Below are positions 63,098 to 64,000 of a stretch of DNA of 64,000 bases, piece by piece. Position 1 is the stretch's first letter, and each line of letters opens with the position of its first letter. This DNA comes from Camelus ferus (Eukaryota). Both the position numbers and the translations under genes were made by a program. The stretch spans positions 118,236,001 to 118,300,000 of the forward strand of contig NC_045696.1 of assembly GCF_009834535.1 (NCBI RefSeq), read 5' to 3'. Under the pieces are notes generated by a model that was not told the DNA's origin, did no database searches, and saw nothing but the letters and a program-made list of their open reading frames with translations.

Positions 63098-64000
63098 GCT
63101 CTCTAATCAGCTATAAGTTACTTCATCTGAGTATTTATAAAGCAACTTCGCTCAACTGACTTTGCCCTTTTATGTGAATTGAATTCATTGAAAAAAAATA
63201 ATGTTTCAGTGGATAGTTGAAGATCTCAACCTTAATTAAAAAAATTCCGTCCCCCCTTCTCTTCCACATCTTTCTTCCCCTTCTCTTTCCAGCTCTTACT
63301 GTAATTAGCTGGCATTAACAGCAAATGTTTGCTTTAGTTAAATTATTCAGAACATTTATTTTACTTGTCAAAGGTTAGATCAGGTTGTTGTTTGAACTGG
63401 TAATTAAATGCAGTCTGATATGCTCTCATATTTATATGCACTATAAGCCTGGTTCCTCATCATTCTGTATAATTTTATAATGTTCAAGGCTGACATTTTA
63501 AAAAGGTTTTTGATTTCATGGGAAAGAAAACATTCTGAGTAATCTAGTTTGTTATCTGTTGTGAGAATGTCCAAAGTTATGGTTGAAAGTGAGTATCACC
63601 TTTCAGGGCTGTTGTAACATACAGCATCACAGGGGTAATTTTCACCAGGCAGTATACAGAATTAAGCTCACTGCTTATTGAATTTGCGTTTGATACGAGG
63701 ATCAGTGCTGGAGTACTTGGCCCCTAATAGGTGTTCAGTATGTAGTTGTTAAATGAGAGATTTTGGTCATATCAAACAGTGGGGCATAGCTAAGCTCTTG
63801 TAGTGCAGCGTAATTTAAGGCAGTGTTTGTTCCTGTGACATACTCCAACGCTCTTCTAAGTCATTTCAGTTTGTGTGCTTGTTTGTTACGGGCAAGCGTA
63901 ACTGAATTAATCCTCATATCTGGGAATTATACTCATGTCTTGGGTTTTGTCAGTTCATTGAATAAACGATTTTTGCAAGTGCTTGTGTATTAGTACCTTG

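Noticed and set aside
1..64000. CRISPR arrays, prokaryotic operons, tRNA/rRNA/snoRNA genes, tRNA-derived SINEs other than MIR, host gene name
   Set aside because: None recognised. The sequence is mammalian and intron-like, and no coding exon is available to name the gene.

Overview
This is AT-rich placental mammal genomic DNA. It is most likely camelid, inferred from recall of the young L1 3' end at 21.3 kb and from the absence of recognisable Alu, B1/B2 or Bov-tA SINEs. It reads as a long intronic stretch of a gene transcribed on +, with one good candidate non-coding exon (7912/7931-8116). I cannot name the host gene and found no credible host protein-coding exon. The ORF-track entries are L1 remnants, antisense L1/L2 frames or chance ORFs. 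Much of the window is decayed repeats: L1 of several ages (including L1 nested in L1), L2, MIR, MaLR/ERVL/ERV1 solo LTRs, and hAT/Tc1-mariner MITEs. The standout is a ~520 bp insertion at 59562-60081 flanked by a target-site duplication. It joins L1 ORF2 and ORF1 pieces in opposite orientations, and its ORF2 piece carries a dense, one-directional T>C pattern (A>G on the antisense-L1 strand). That pattern is what a retrotransposed, ADAR-hyperedited antisense L1 RNA would leave. Repeat subfamily names come from memory of consensus motifs and need RepeatMasker/Dfam confirmation; most repeat boundaries are approximate.
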